NCBI GenBank assembly: GCA_964016885.1
Contig: OZ024740.1
Span: 144,398,001-144,462,000 of the forward strand
Direction: 5' to 3'
From: Eledone cirrhosa
Lineage: Eukaryota
Length of the DNA: 64,000 nucleotides
Part shown: in pieces, positions 1-14,094 of the stretch
Layout of the letters: every line of letters starts with the position of its first letter
Numbering within the stretch: the first letter of the stretch is position 1
The notes under the pieces: model-generated
What the model saw: only the letters and a program-made list of their open reading frames with translations
Told to the model about the DNA's origin: nothing
Databases searched by the model: none
Made by a program: the position numbers and the translations under genes

Positions 1-925
1 AATGCCCACAGGATAATAGCTCCTTCAAATGCCCAGACAGTTCTATAGAAATAGTCGACACTTTCCATTACCTGTGTGATGAAATCAGCAGTGGAGAGTG
101 TTCCGAAAGTACAGTAGCCACAGTAAGAACAGGATGGAAAAAGTTCTGAAAGCTACTACTGCTGTCAGCTACAAAAGGTTTTTCCCTTAAAATGAATGGC
201 AGATTGTACAATACATGTATATGAACAGCAATGTTACATGGTAGTGAGAACTGAGCACTGTGTGGAGAGGATCTGCAAAGATTGGAAAGAAATGAAGCAT
301 GCATGCTCCGATGATGTGTAATAGTAATAATACACACAAACAGCAAAGTGTAAATGAACTGAGAGAGAAATTAAACATAAGAGGGATCGGATGCAGTATG
401 CTGGAGAGGAGATTGCGTTGGTATGGTCATGTGATGTGTATGAAGTACGACAGCTATATAAAAAAGTGTAGGGTGATCAAAGTTGATGGAAGCTATAGAG
501 TAGGAAGACCTGGATGAGGTGATAAAAGTTGACCTTGCGCAATTGCACTTTTCAAAGACGATGACACAGGATCAAGATCTTTGTCGTTATGCAGTAATAC
601 AGAAGACATACATTCCCATGCACACGGACTCCAAGATACATCTAGTAGGCACCTCTTAACCACTATACTCCTTCCATACACCCTCCACGCTGCAAAACCC
701 CCTTCTGTCCACACCATTATTATACTGTAAAGTTATGTTGATACCACAAAAAAGCATCCAGCCCACACTGTAAATTAGTCGTGTGGGTGTCACGACAAAA
801 AGCACCCAGCCCACACTGTAAAGTAGTTGTGTAGGAGTCACAACAAAAAGCACCTAGAACACACTGCAAATGTGGTTGGCATTACGAAGGGCATCCAGCT
901 GTAGAAACAGTTCTATATCAGCAAG
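1..925 (+). mobile_element. Degenerate 3' part of an RTE-clade LINE (RT C-terminus remnant plus 3' UTR); older relative of the young RTE family at 29.7-63.6 kb
   Basis: Broken reading frames match the young copies (SIEIVDTFHYL, VRTGWKKF, ERRLRWYGHVM, GRP). The 3' UTR motif GGTTGGCATTACGAAGGGCATCCAGCTGTAGAA (~873-906) matches the young UTR. Stops and frameshifts are present. Confidence 0.9.
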
Positions 926-2394
926 AAACGGTCACCTTATATAAAGCAGCCTTGGTTGCCAAGGAATGGGTTGGTTTCTGTAAAGAGGATAGTATTGATC
1001 ATCTGCTTAGCTGTCTCATATGTCAGAAGTAAAACAATTGATGCCAGAGTTAGTTCAAAGTTAATGCTGCTCATACTTTGGTTCCAAAGGCAGCAACCTA
1101 TAGGTATGAGTTTCCTCACAAATTAAATATGTTATCCATTTTACATAATTTTCTATAAATTTCATCTTCAGGCTTCTCAAGTCTTAGTCTCCTTGTAACT
1201 TTCTTTTCATACCTACTTCATACCTATGTTTATTTATTAACAGTGGTGTATGCCAATTGCAGTGAATATTACCATTTTCCTTAACCTCACTACCAAAATA
1301 TATTCAACTACTCTTATGAAGACTATCAAATACAAAAGTGCTGCAAAGTTAAAATAATCATAAACCTACCACCACCTCAGATATATTAACCATATTTCTA
1401 ATAGAATACACTATTTCAATTAATTAATAAAGAATGTTGAGGGATTTACTAAAATTATTAATCATATTAATTAACATATAGTTATTAGATAAGATTATGT
1501 TGGAAGATTTTAATTTACATAGGAATCCTTTAAACTAGGTTTTGGTTCATAGAACCAGAGCCAGTTTTGGCCGGGTTGGTATCAAACTTTCTCTCCAAAG
1601 TAATCAAGATATCCTTTTTTTTTTTTTACATCTCTCAGTAAGACTGACCTTTACTTACTATTCTGTACCCTCTCTTAAGACATATCAAATGGTTAATTAG
1701 CATTACTCTGAATATATCAGGAAACTGCCCATAAAAAGAATATTTTATGCATTCTTCAAAAGTAATAAAATGATAGCTAACAGAATATATATTAAGGCAC
1801 TAGACCATTCTTTAACAACCGAAAAAAAAACCTGATTTATAACTTTCTAAATTTTCTCTTGGAATTATCCTTTCAATCATTCATACTTTTCAACAACATT
1901 GACAATATATTTTCCTATATCACATCAGACTCAGTTAATTATCAACTCCAACCATTTGTATCTTAAAATTTGGATTCCATGCAACAAAAACTAGCTAAAC
2001 TACTGGAATGGAATATGAGGAAAAGAAAACTCTTTATACACAGGTGTTACAATGAAGTGTTTCTAATATTGAAAATGCAAAACACATGCATACCATACAA
2101 AATACATCATATCAAAATAGCAGCCTAGAAGAAATTGATTTTGTGACTAACTCATTATGTGTCATAGCTCTATTTGAATAAAGTATTATACAAGGATTGC
2201 CTGAGAATTCATACTGAAATTTTCATATTTTAGCTTGCAATATCAAAAATATATAATGTGACAGTCCTCCCAGCCAGTCATCACAACAATATGGCTCTAC
2301 CAGCAATCTTTTAGCAGTAATATAATACAATGAATGACACAATCTACTCAGTTGTTCTGGGTGACGCCCTAATAAATAATAATATAACAAATAC

Positions 2395-2452
2395 ACATGG
2401 AATGTCCAACCCACATGCAAGCATGAAACAGCAGACATGATGATCATGATAT
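2395..2452 (+). mobile_element. Short degenerate RTE 3'-tail remnant
   Basis: GTCCAACCCACATGCAAGCATGAAACAGCAGACATGATGATCATGAT resembles the RTE terminus GTCCAAACCCATGCAAGCGTGGAACACGGACGTT...(GAT)n. Confidence 0.5.
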
Positions 2453-3369
2453 AAGAATTGGAGGATACAGAGATAAAAAAATGTAGGCAAAGTAAGAAGG
2501 AGAGACAAAATCTGTTAGAATTATTAACAGAAAGAGAAAGATAAAAAGCACACACAAACAAACATGTCTGCAAATGTTGAAACCTGGTTTCAGCTTGGTG
2601 AAACTATAAAACATTATTCCTGGTATCTCAGATGCAGGATCTTTTTACTTTGTTACCTTTACAAGACCAATATAGTAGAATCACTAACAATGATATTGAA
2701 TCAAACAATATTATCCTCATTAAATATATATTTTATACAATTACTAAAAACAACATTATTAGTGTTGTTTTTATATATGTATATCTTAAATAGTTTACTT
2801 GAAGTAAAGAACAAAAAAAAAAAGAAAGAACGCCTAACTGGTTGGAATGTTAAGTTTTGAAAACTGAAATTTGTTTCATATCAAATATATACTATAAATC
2901 GCCAAGCATAATAAACAGCCAGAACAAAATAGCAATAAAAATACCAAACAGTAATTTTAGAGTGGCATTCTTTAACTAGGGAAGAACACAATAATAGTAA
3001 TTAAGTCAATTAGCATTAAGTAATTAAGCTGAAAAGAGGTAATCAGAAAATCAAGATTGATGACTAAATGACTCATGACATCAATTTATATTTGTTGTTA
3101 TACTCTATTATATAGTCCTAAAAGCTACTTACATAATACTGATGCCAAGTGAAACAAAACCAACTAATATCAAATGAAAATAGAAAGATATCTAACAAAA
3201 AAAATAATTGAATAAGATTTATATTGAACACACATTTTGAATTCTCTTATTACCTATATATTAAAAAAGGGTGTATTTCTGCTGCCATGAAGTCTGTTAT
3301 TGAAGTCATTTATAAAGTCCTCATAGAAACAGTCCTTTTGTTATTTCCTTAGTCCTGATGGTAGTGCAT

Positions 3370-3640
3370 AAGTAGAGATAACTTGTTCTTATTTTCTATG
3401 ACAATTCTGAACTTATCTATCCACTTTTCAACTCGTAAAATGCCTACTCCAGTTACCCTATCATCATTTCCTATCCAGAAGAGCTTATATGTATACTGTT
3501 TGTCTGCGAGGAGTGTGGCTGATGTGCCTCTTCAGCCCACCTCTTACACACATCAAACATCTACACAGCTCCACTCAAGCAGCTCTCCTTTTCCCCCACC
3601 ACGATCTACTTAAAATGTATTACCTGACAGTCGTAGCAGC
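3370..3640 (-). mobile_element. Degenerate RTE APE-endonuclease N-terminal fragment
   Basis: Manual minus-strand translation VDV*CV*EVG*RGTSATLLADKQYTYKLFWIGNDDRVTGVGILRVEKWIDK fits the RTE endonuclease pattern (D-x-x-C-x-Q-E-x-R-W...YKxFW...GVGIL). Confidence 0.7.
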
Positions 3641-4104
3641 CTTCTGTACTTGAAAGGGAATGTGGATGTACACACTCTTGACAGTCAAGAAGTTCCTGCA
3701 CATGACTAGGTCAGCCACACCACTAACGTGGACAGGTTTGAAAATTGGTTTTAAAAATCTGACCTATTCATAACAGTTATGTTATCTAGACTGCATCCTG
3801 TGTACCCACATTATATTCGGTGCACTATAGTAAACAAATTTGATCGAATAATTCTACCCTTCTTAGAAAATACTGTTAAAAGTATTCAAATCTGTTTTCA
3901 TGAAAGCCAATCAATTTTATATCCATTTACTTTCATAAGAGTTACAATTACATTAAATATTTGTATATGCAGGCTTATTATGTATAAGCAAATGGTGTTA
4001 GTATGTGAAGTGTACACTCACAAGTTTGTACATATGCCCATGCAGTTATGTGTATGAGCATTTTATATCTATATGCTGAAGAGCATAAATTCATGTTTAG
4101 ACAT

Positions 4105-4193
4105 GAGAGAGACAGAGACAGAGAGAGAGAAAGAGAGAGAAAGAGAGAAAGAGAAAAAGAGAAAAAGAGAAAGAGAGAAAGAGAGAAAGAGAG

Positions 4194-4228
<35 letters not shown>

Positions 4229-4378
4229 AAAAGAGAGAGAAAGAAAAAGAGAGAGAAAGAAAAAGAGAGAGAAAGAAAAAGAGAGAGAAAGAAAAAGAGA
4301 GAGAAAGATAAAGAGAGAAAGAGAGAAAGAGTGTGTGTGTGGTGTGGTGTGGTGTGGTGTGGTGTGGGTGCGCGCGCG
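4105..4378. repeat. Compound purine-rich (GA/GAAA)n microsatellite followed by (GT)/(GTGTG)n and (GC)n
   Basis: Directly visible; it produces the E/R/K-rich and S/L/F-rich pseudo-ORFs. Confidence 0.97.
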
Positions 4379-5777
4379 AAAATGAGTGTGCATGTAAACA
4401 TACACCTGAGCTTTAGGTTATATATTTAATGCCTGCTACAGGCATTAAATCATGACCTTCCTTTTCATAAAGCACATCATTCAGCTTGACTATTTACTTA
4501 ACTGAAGACAAAGTAGCATTCCAAATTCACTGTTGAATTGATCATTTAGCTATAAAACAGCTGCTCCAGCAATTCAAAAAAGTCTGATTTTCGAAATATG
4601 GTCTATACTTCCAGAGAAAAGCAGATGCTAAATGCTGAAATAATGCTATTCTTCACACCCATGTGCACACACTTGTGCAACATGCATGTGCACTTACACA
4701 AGAATAATGAAGAAAGAATGTGAATTGAGTGAATAATGGTTTTCTGGGTTCCACATTTAAACATGCGCAAAATATTTTTGTCAGACTGATAGGAATAGTT
4801 TCAATGAAATTTCAAAGACAGTTCTGTTGGTTGAATTTCCCTCAAGGATAGGTAAGACTGCCTGAATATTAATACATTTAAGTTACTTACTATCGTTCTA
4901 TGCAAGTTTGAGATACAACAAAGACCTGCTGCACATGAAAAGATTTAATGGATAAAGCAGGTGGAATGTAATAATGCTTTTTTTGAATCTCAGTGATTTT
5001 AGATATTTGAAGGAGGAGAAATATGGTGTATATCTGTAATATGTGTATCTGAGGAACAAATAGGACAACAATAAAATCTAAGAAGATTTGATATCAAGAA
5101 ATAACAGGTTTACAGGGAAGCAATGGAATATAAATGAAAAAGGGTTGAGATTTATCAGATTTGTGTTATACATGGATGTATCATCTGCAATAAACCTATA
5201 GAAACCCAATTTCCAACCTAGTATATACTTTCCAGGGAGGTTGAAAACCATATATGCGACAGGACCAAAAAGAAAAACAGCTGTTTAAAAACACAAAATC
5301 GTCCATGTCAAGAAATGCATCAACAACAACGTAAGATTTTATACTTTAAAACGGAGCTTTCAAACTTTACACATTGACAATTATACTTTTTAAAATTTTC
5401 AAGATAAATTTTCTTAATGATACAAAATAAACAAACAAATATATCACTTATCACCAGTCATGTGTCTAATTGTCACATCTCAAATATCCTTCACAATCAT
5501 AAAAACAGATCAGATTTGATTTACTTTTATGGTACAGCTTGGAAAATTCGACTTTAAAGCAAAACAATGGAGCTTAACTAGGAAAAGAATATGGAAACAG
5601 GAAAAAGAAAATCAGCTTCCTTGCATAAGTAGCATTTACTGTCAAGATCAAAAGAAACATAGCCAACTTAGACTACCAGATAATGAGGCATTCTTTATGA
5701 ACAATTTCCTCAAAGACACTGACTAGCTGTAAAAAAATGAGCAGAGAACAAATCAAAGCATGAAGAATATTATCTCA

Positions 5778-6629
5778 TCTATATATATAAAACTGTGGTT
5801 GTCTGTCTATCGATTTTTGGCACACATCTCCTCTTAGAATCTCTCACGGAATTGCACCGAAATTGCTATACTTGTACATTGAGCCCTAGCGAAGACATCG
5901 GAAAAAAAAAAAATTTCAAATTGACCCACCCTATGTGACGAAATCGAATATAATGTATCGATTTTTGAGCGTAAGTGATCAGTTATTTCCCTTTGTTCTG
6001 TTTACATTGAGCGTCTGCGTGCAAAAATTAAAAAAATTACGCTGGCTTTCTCAGCGTTTAAAATGACATTAACACAATACACGATTTAAAGACTACGTAA
6101 AACAAGCCTTTTAAAACAATATTTTTACTTGAAAACAAGCCTATTTAAAAACTACTTAAAACAAGCAAATATTTCGTAAAAAAAAGCAAAAATTATATAA
6201 GTTTATATAATATATATGTATCTGTAAATTTCGTTAGGCGTGCAGACAGACAGTCGTGCAGAGGTGATATAGGCGTGCAGACAGATAGTTGTGCAGAGAG
6301 GTGATATAGGCGTGCAGACAGACATAACTGATAATTTGGTTACGCTAATGTTTTTCTCTGCGTTGCAGTGTTTACATTTTCGATCTTTGTTAATAAATAA
6401 CCAGTGCAGTTTCTATCCCCAGCATCCTCTTTTGTTATAACATTCGGGTTATCGTTATGTTTTCTTAACTTCATAAGGCATATTGTTGGTTGAGGGAATA
6501 TTAATCAAAAACACCACATGCAAGTCTGCACAGTAGACACTACAGTTTTTAAGCCAAGAAAGAAACTTAACATTGTAACTTTAACACAGCTACTGAGCGA
6601 CCCCGAGCAACGCCGGGCTTTACTGCTAG
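5778..6629 (+). mobile_element. Non-autonomous Helitron (~850 bp)
   Basis: Starts with TC (TCTATATATATAAAACTG) immediately after A5777 and ends with CTAG followed by T6630, so it sits in an A|T target with no TSD. A GC-rich hairpin CCCGAGCAACGCCGGG (6602-6617) lies 8 nt before CTAG. An internal ~35-37 bp repeat starting AGGCGTGCAGACAGA occurs three times (6236-6325). Confidence 0.88.
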
Positions 6630-6859
6630 TAAGTTGATAAAGCACAAAAAAAAAAAATATACACGAGATAAATAACAGGAAGATATACATTAAGGTAAAG
6701 TAAAAAGATGTTACATTTTTATTTTCATCTGTGAGAATGAATGGGGGGTATATTTGCAAGATGAGAAGACAAACATGTTAAATTGAATTAGGATGTCACT
6801 AGAGAAAACTAACTGAAATGATGGATTGATGTCACACCAGTAAGGTAACTAAATAACAT

Positions 6860-7950
6860 TGTGCAGACCAGCCAAGCTCATGGATGCTATCCAATCATCT
6901 TGCTCAGGGTCTACTCCTGGGTCTCTTACTGGTTGGTTTTGCTCGTAAAATCTGTCCAGTAATTCTTTCCTGAGATAGCCTGTTCTAGCTGTTTGTATTT
7001 GCGATCATATTCTTTTGGTCATTCATGACCATAGGTAAGGGTTGGCACGAATACCAAATTGAAGATAACAAGCTTGGCTTTTACATATACCTCGCTTCTT
7101 CTGATTATGAATGCTGAAGCAAGTACATTAATGTATCAGCTCCTACAATTCTTGCACAGCTTCCTGCCTTCCACCATTCATGGACATGAGTGGCTGTGCA
7201 TGTAAATCCTGTTCATGAAAATATTGAACAGGAGAGGTGACAGTACACACCCTTAGCAGAGTCTAACTCTCACACCTGTTTCGATTTAGCACCATTTATC
7301 TGAACACAAATACATAGGTATTCAAATAGAGACATCAGGGCAACCAGAAGCTGATCATTGATCCCATACACCTGCAGAACCTTCCACTGCAGGTCCTGTG
7401 GAATATAGTCATATGCCTTTTTGAGATCTACAAAGCAAGAACACACCTCTTGGCAGTCCTCCCAAGATCTGCTGCAGTGTGAATATTTGCTCGGCTGTGT
7501 TGTGTCTGGGACGAAAACTATACTGTTCATCAGCTAGCTTGGAGTCAACAATATCTTTACATCTCTTTGGCAGACAATTAACATAGACTTTACCGAGGAG
7601 GCTTAACAAGGAGATCCCTCTATAATTGGAGCAATATCTTATCACCCTTTTTGAAAATCAGGATTATCACCCCCGATTGTCATTGCATAGGTGCCTTTCC
7701 AGAGATCCAGGCCACTCAGCACATACACGAGTCAGCCAGAGAATACCTTCTCTATCTATGGCTTTTAATATTTTGGGTTGAATTTCATTCTCCCCACATC
7801 TGAGCTCTTTAATTGCTCTTGTGACTCCAGTCTCATAGAGATTAGTCATCAGAAGATTGTTCAATCAGATTTAGAAGATCAGCAAACTATTCTCTCCACC
7901 TTGTGCAAATGCACCTCTCTAGAGAGTAGAGAACCCCAAGTGTGTTCCTC
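6860..7950 (-). mobile_element. Old degenerate RTE-type LINE reverse transcriptase fragment (different family from the young copies)
   Basis: Frameshifted ORFs contain NYRGISLLSLLGKVY, EQYSFRP, EQIFTLQQI and CFVDLKKAYD; a G-C-V-L-S-P-L-L-F-N-like motif lies near 7220-7255. Confidence 0.85.
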
Positions 7951-9001
7951 TACACTGGCTAAAGTAACTGAAATGTAAATTTCGAACGTTTTTTTAATAT
8001 AAATTTCCATCTCTTGGTTTTTAAATCATACACGAGTAAAAATACAAAAAAACAAAAAAAAAAAAAAAAAAAAAATCAGTCCTTAAATCATAAACTAAAG
8101 GATTCTCTCTCAAAGTAAAATCTCTCTATTTCTTCAGCAAATTGTTATGTGCATGTATAAAACAATACAAATATTTAATGAAGTCACTAAAAGTAAGTGT
8201 TATTATAATAAAGAACCCCCTGCATTACCATAAAAGACTTGCATTTACTCATTACTTTCAATGATAACATTTTTATTTATAGCAATTGTTCTGATGATAT
8301 ATAAATGAAATATTTTGTTCTTACTTTCAAAAGACACACCTCAAATGAAATGAGTAATTATCTCATATGAATAATTTTTTTAAAAATTCATACAATAATA
8401 TAAGAATTTGTATTAAACAGTAAAATGACTTATTTGCTTCCTCATAATCAAAAAGAAACCATTTCTTTAATGTTTAATTAGAATAAATAGTTGACAAGAG
8501 TAATGCTATTTTCATGAGATTGACCATGATAAATTCCCTAGTCCTTTACAAACTCCCCAGTCCTTTTCCAAGCTAAACTTGCAATAAAAACTGAATGTTT
8601 GTCAGTTGCTTTGTTTTCTAAGTTATTTGTTGAAATAAAATGTACTAGTTGTTTTCATATTTAATACAAATATTCATAGTGTTTTAATCATACATATAAT
8701 CAGCAATACTATTTGGACTATTTTGAAATTTACCCCCAATAAAGAGAAGATTGACTTAGATATAAATTAAAATGAATGCATATGTAAACTATTAGCAAAT
8801 AGGGGTTCCAAAATACAGCATTAAAACTAAATAAGCTAGCAAAACACCACTGCATATTTTTAAAGCAGTCATTTTATAATATACTGTATATACTCATACA
8901 CAAGTCACAGTAAAAAAGAAGTTGGATGCCCTTTGTGTTTATTTTATTTTTAATTCACCTTTGACCTGTGCACCAGTTATATGTTGCTTTTTATAAATAA
9001 T

Positions 9002-9110
9002 TGTTTCTACTTTAGGCACAAGGCCAGCAATTACCCAGTGCATTACTGGTACTTTATTTTATCGACCCCGTAAGAATGAAAGGCAAAGTCAACCTCGGCA
9101 GGATTTGCAA
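9002..9110 (-). mobile_element. tRNA-derived SINE fragment
   Basis: Reverse complement of the SINE body at 11882-11996 (CCGAGGTTGACTTTGCCTTTCATTCTTACGGGGTCGATAAAATAAAGTACCAG...GCCTTGTGCCTAAAGTAGAAA). Confidence 0.8.
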
Positions 9111-10567
9111 CTTTGCTTCCAAATGCATTAAAATAAAATAAATGCTGAAATAATCCAAATCATTGCCAATACAGTTTAGCAAAGTCCTGAAACTACAGAT
9201 ATCATAGCAATGTGTTCCTATAAGATTAGCATGAACATAGTAACTGGTGCTTTTAAATTACCACTCCTGATTGACTGGTAATATATGCAACATTGGGCAT
9301 TAGGATCACAGCCAGTCAGTAGAGAACTGTGTTCCACACATTAGAAAAGCATGTATATATAAATTCATGAGACTATTGTCACAAGTGTGTTTGTATTGCA
9401 GAAGCTACAAATTTCAAGTCCAGAGTAAGGTTCAGGCAATAAAAAGCATTTTTTTTGTACCAGCTTTTTTTTTTTAAAGTAAAAAAACTGAGTTTTCTGC
9501 AAGTATATGTTGTATTCTACTCACAGAAAATTGATATTTTCTTTAAAATACTCAATAGTTTTCCAACGCCAACAATTCTTATTCATAATTCATTTAATAA
9601 TTTTATCTAAAAGATCGGTTTGGGTGGAAGCTGCAGTTAATGAGAACACCTGATCTACTATAGTTCTGTAATTTCAAAATCTTAAAATAATCTCTGGGTT
9701 GATCCATTACCACTTTCCATGTAGCAGTTTTCTATGGCTGAATGCTCTTCCTGGCACCAAATATTCAGTAATCTCTTATGGCATGCCAGGATTTGGCATA
9801 CCTATTCTAAAAACTGGGATGCACACAAAATATGTAAATATATTTAGTGTTACTAATTAAACTGTGACGTGGTTTATTAGGAGCCTACCTAAACTTGAAA
9901 AGATTCTAAGGAAAATCAAAATCCCAATAGTCCAGTTATTAACCACATGCTTATATTAATTTGAATTTTAGAAATTGCTCACACAAAATTGATTATATCT
10001 GCTGTGCGATATGCTTAACTATCTTGATACCAACCTGTCCGAAACCATTTATTTTAAAGGGTTCATATTTAAATATAAATCTCTCAACAATTTCATATAA
10101 GTTACTATTTTAGTAATAATTTCATATTAAGTTACTATTTTAGTAAATCTTTCAAAATCCTTCCTTAATTGAAATAGAGTGTATTCATTAGAAATACAGC
10201 CATGAATGGGTTAAATTTACATTTAGTGTTAAACAAGCATATCACAATATCTATTTCTCAGCAAAAACAATGTTGATACTTTTCCAGTAGGCCTCATTAC
10301 ATTATTTTGAAGAAATGCAGAAATACTATTGTAGACAGTGAGAGAATTCATATAAATTTAAAATTACCATATACACTTGTATATAAGTCGAGAAATATGT
10401 GACCCCAAAAAAAAAAAAAACATGGTAAATGAGCTGCTAAAACATGCTTTGGAGGTGAATATTACACTGGTTTCACTTTCTACTTGAAATTCGTATTTCC
10501 TATTTTTTTTTTTTATATGTTTAGAATGAATATGGCCTTCAAAACGATTGGAATTTGGTTTTTAAAA

Positions 10568-10571
<4 letters not shown>

Positions 10572-10601
<30 letters not shown>
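10572..10601. repeat. (TA)n microsatellite
   Basis: Directly visible. Confidence 0.95.
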
Positions 10602-10603
<2 letters not shown>

Positions 10604-11214
10604 CATAATTAATTAGTTTTATGAATTTGACAAGTTTGTAGTACCACCAAATACTATATATAACAAGATTATACTAACTGAAAAACAGTGCCAGATAGGA
10701 AAGCTGGGACAGCTGGTTATTTAGTATTTTTAATTATATTTATTGCAGACAATTATACTATAAACTTAAACATTAACTTAAACTATAAACATTTAAAGAA
10801 TATATATGATCTATTTTCAACAATAACTTTTTTGTAGATAACATCTTATTGCTTCTAATATTTCTCTTATAAACAAATAAAAATTTGATCAGTGATTCAG
10901 TGCATGAAAAAAGTTTAGCAAAAAGAAAAATTCTAAAATAAAAAAAAAATAAAAATTTGTAAATCATTTATCCAATAATCAAAGGAATTGGACAGGCTTA
11001 CTTTAAAAAAAAATTCTATAATTAATGTTGAAAATAAATCTAATTCTCTTTTAAATTATTAATAAAATAAAACAGAAATCAAGTTTGCATAATGAATACG
11101 AACATTCCAACACTGATGAAATTGAAAAAACAAAGTTAAATGCCTCTTTTTAAATAAACTACCTATTTATTAACAACACAGTTCAAATAAGATCTCAAAG
11201 TAAAATAAAATCAA

Positions 11215-11530
11215 TGAGGGAGCCTCTATGTGATCATTCATCTTGCTCGTAATAGCAGTTAAACCTCCCTCAAATGAAATTTTCAATGTTAAACAAAGGA
11301 AGACACATTAGATAATGATGTCCTAGATATACATAGCTGTTTGATCATATATCTTTCCAATCATGGCACTTGAAACTAAGCCTCATTGTCACAAGACTTG
11401 CAAGAAATAGCAGCCAAATCTCCCCTGACTGTCTTAGTAAAGAAGAGCAATGTCTGAAGAAAAGAAAAAAATGCCTATATCAGAAATACCTTGATCATAG
11501 CATCTGCTCAATGAGGATTGATCTGGAACT
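11215..11530 (+). repeat. Two degenerate copies of a dispersed short repeat, probably SINE-like (a further copy at ~16780-16920)
   Basis: A shared degenerate motif (TGTGRTCAYTCRACTTGC...AATAGCAG...AAAYCTCCC ... GTCCTAGA) appears at 11228, ~11390 and 16789. Confidence 0.45.
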
Positions 11531-11881
11531 AACAACATTAGCTACACAATTACAACTTACCTACAATACAATGTCTGAGGCATAGATCTCTGGATCGTAC
11601 CAGGCAATCAACTGACTATAAGGCATAGGCTTGCTTAATTAGTACTATAAAAGCAAGAGATGCAAAGTAATGGTTACTCTTTAGTCTTGTTGGAAACAAT
11701 CTCTACTGCAACAAAAATACAAAAATGTTTTTTTTCTGTTGCCGTATGTGCCACAATGAGTAGTCTTTAGGTCCATCAAATACACGTAGTATGAAAAAAC
11801 ACCTATCTAAAAACCAGCTTAATAATGAGAAAGCTATATCATTAAACTCTTCCAAATACTTCATTATTTTCAAAATCACCT

Positions 11882-11996
11882 CCGAGTTCAAATCCTGTCG
11901 AGGTCAATTTTGCCTTTCATCCTTACAGGGGGTCGATAAAATAAAGTACCAGTAATACACTGGGTAATTGCTGGCCTTGTGCCAGAAGTAGAAACA
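11882..11996 (+). mobile_element. 5'-truncated tRNA-derived SINE with a 19-bp target-site duplication
   Basis: Pol III B-box-like GAGTTCAAATCC at 11884-11895; body shared with other copies; identical flanks ATTATTTTCAAAATCACCT at 11863-11881 and 11997-12015. Confidence 0.88.
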
Positions 11997-12859
11997 ATTA
12001 TTTTCAAAATCACCTGAAATTTATTAGCAATGTCTTTCATTAAATATCTAAAAAAAAGTTCATTGTAGAAAAATGACCCAAACAAATTTGAACTTCAAAT
12101 ATGAATAGATAAAAAAGTAAACAAGGGGTACATTACAAATGTACCATCAACAAATGGGTACATTACATTACTCTAAGTCAAGGGTTAGAAATTGTTTTTG
12201 ATGGAGATTTTGTCTATTAAATAGATGGCTTTCTGTTGAGATATTTTAATGAAAAACAATCTGCCAATTACAATTGACATATTTTAGAACATGAATTGAA
12301 TTATCACTCTTGCTCTCTCACACACACAGGTTTTACTCCATTTTGTACATTTTCACTAATCAAACTATCCAATTACAAGCCCACCATTGAGCTATGATGG
12401 TTCTACTTTTCTCAATTTATTGTCTGTATATTACTATCAAATAACTTCCTTTCAGTAATTAACCTCCAAAACTTAAAAATAACCACATTAACACTACCTA
12501 GTTAGTTATACTCATTCTTGAGCCTATAAAAAACTATAAAAAGCTAAGGAATACTACTAACCAGTTTCCTTGAAAACTACCCAATACAGTATAATATTAA
12601 ATCCAATAAAATATGTACCTGCAACATATATATTGGAGGAGCTAATTCAACACCATTTTCAATAAACATTGATTTTTTTTTTTATTTTGAACCAACATTA
12701 AAAATCCAGAAAAAAATGCATCAAAATCCAGCAAATTTTACAAGATTTAGTTTCTAGGTTCATGTCCCAGGATAAGCAAGAAAATAGGTACTTGTATTAG
12801 TAGTAGGTTATATATATTCCTTTAACAATGCATTAACAAAAAACAAAAAAAAAACAATT

Positions 12860-13040
12860 GAATTTGTAGTTAATTAAAGAACAAGGCCAGCAATTTTTGA
12901 AATTCAATTAAAGTGACTTGATCACTTTATTGACCTTTGAAAGGATGAAAAAGATAAAGTTGACCTCAGCAGGATTTGAACTCAGAACATAAAAGGTCAT
13001 AACAAATATCGCAAAGCATTTTGTCCAAATGCTCTAACAA
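12860..13040 (-). mobile_element. tRNA-derived SINE copy (degenerate)
   Basis: GAAAGGATGAAA...AAAGTTGACCTCAGCAGGATTTGAACTCAGAAC, the reverse complement of the SINE body with its B box. Confidence 0.75.
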
Positions 13041-14094
13041 TAGCTTTGAAGATTCCCAAAAGATCTTTTTTTAAATGATCAAATTTGCAAGCCCATCATC
13101 CAAATGACACTAGTATTAGAAACAGATTTCTATCAACAACATTTTAGGCCACAAAAATAGATTAGATATGAAAAAAATTTTTCAAGAATTATAATTGTTT
13201 TTAAAAGAAAACCCATTTATGTTTTAAGAGCCTCAGAAACTGTAAAAAAGTATTTTGTTAAGGAAAAAACTGATGAAATTTTCAGAATTTTTATATATTC
13301 ATAGGACAAAATGAAATTAGCCAGAATACCTTTCAAATGAGATGTATCAACTATATTGCCTAAAATTAAATCTATTACTCTCAATTAGAAGCATATTTTC
13401 AATATAACCACTTTCTCAGATGACTTGCATTTTATCTGTTTCCAAAATTCTTCATATATTCCTTAGAAGAAACTTTGATCTCTAAATGTTATAAATCTTT
13501 CAATTTCACTAATAATGGTTACATTTTCAGTACATGCATCACATAACCCACTTTTTTGTTTTATTGTGAACAAATTATAAAGATTCTCTAAAGCTCTTCT
13601 AACCACTTCAAACTTTTGACATCCTTTTTTAGTGCTGACTGAATCATCACACTGATTAGATCATTTGAATAACAGACCTTGACTATTATTTCAAGTGAAT
13701 CATCACAACACAGCATTTCAGCTTCAATTGCTCAAATTACCAATTATATTTTTGCATTTACTCCCTACTATATTAACCAGTCATTTGATATACTACATTC
13801 ATTTTAATGTGTTTCCATGGATTGGACAGATCTGTCATTTATCTCAATCTTTTGCAATTTCATCTGAGACCTAACATCCTTTGACCCGATTTTATTTTTT
13901 TCTGGGTATACCATCATACTATACTCTTTTTTACCTCAGTGCCTATCATCTATTCATATGTAAAGTCACCCCTCTTGCATACATCAATAAATTCTTGTAA
14001 TACTTAGGTGCTGTCTCAACTCACTTATACATAACCTTTCTTACAAGATAAATATTACACATCCAACAGATCATACTTGATTATTTTTATTAGC

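Noticed and set aside
937-1119. 60-aa minus-strand ORF as a host exon
   Set aside because: No recognisable domain and no partner exons anywhere in the window.
4048-4429. E/R/K-rich and S/L/F-rich ORFs
   Set aside because: Translations of a GA-rich microsatellite.
8291-8320. CTGATGA...GAAA as a hammerhead (also CTGATGA at ~11113 and ~13270)
   Set aside because: No pairable stem II or stem I and no suitably placed UH site; chance matches in AT-rich DNA.
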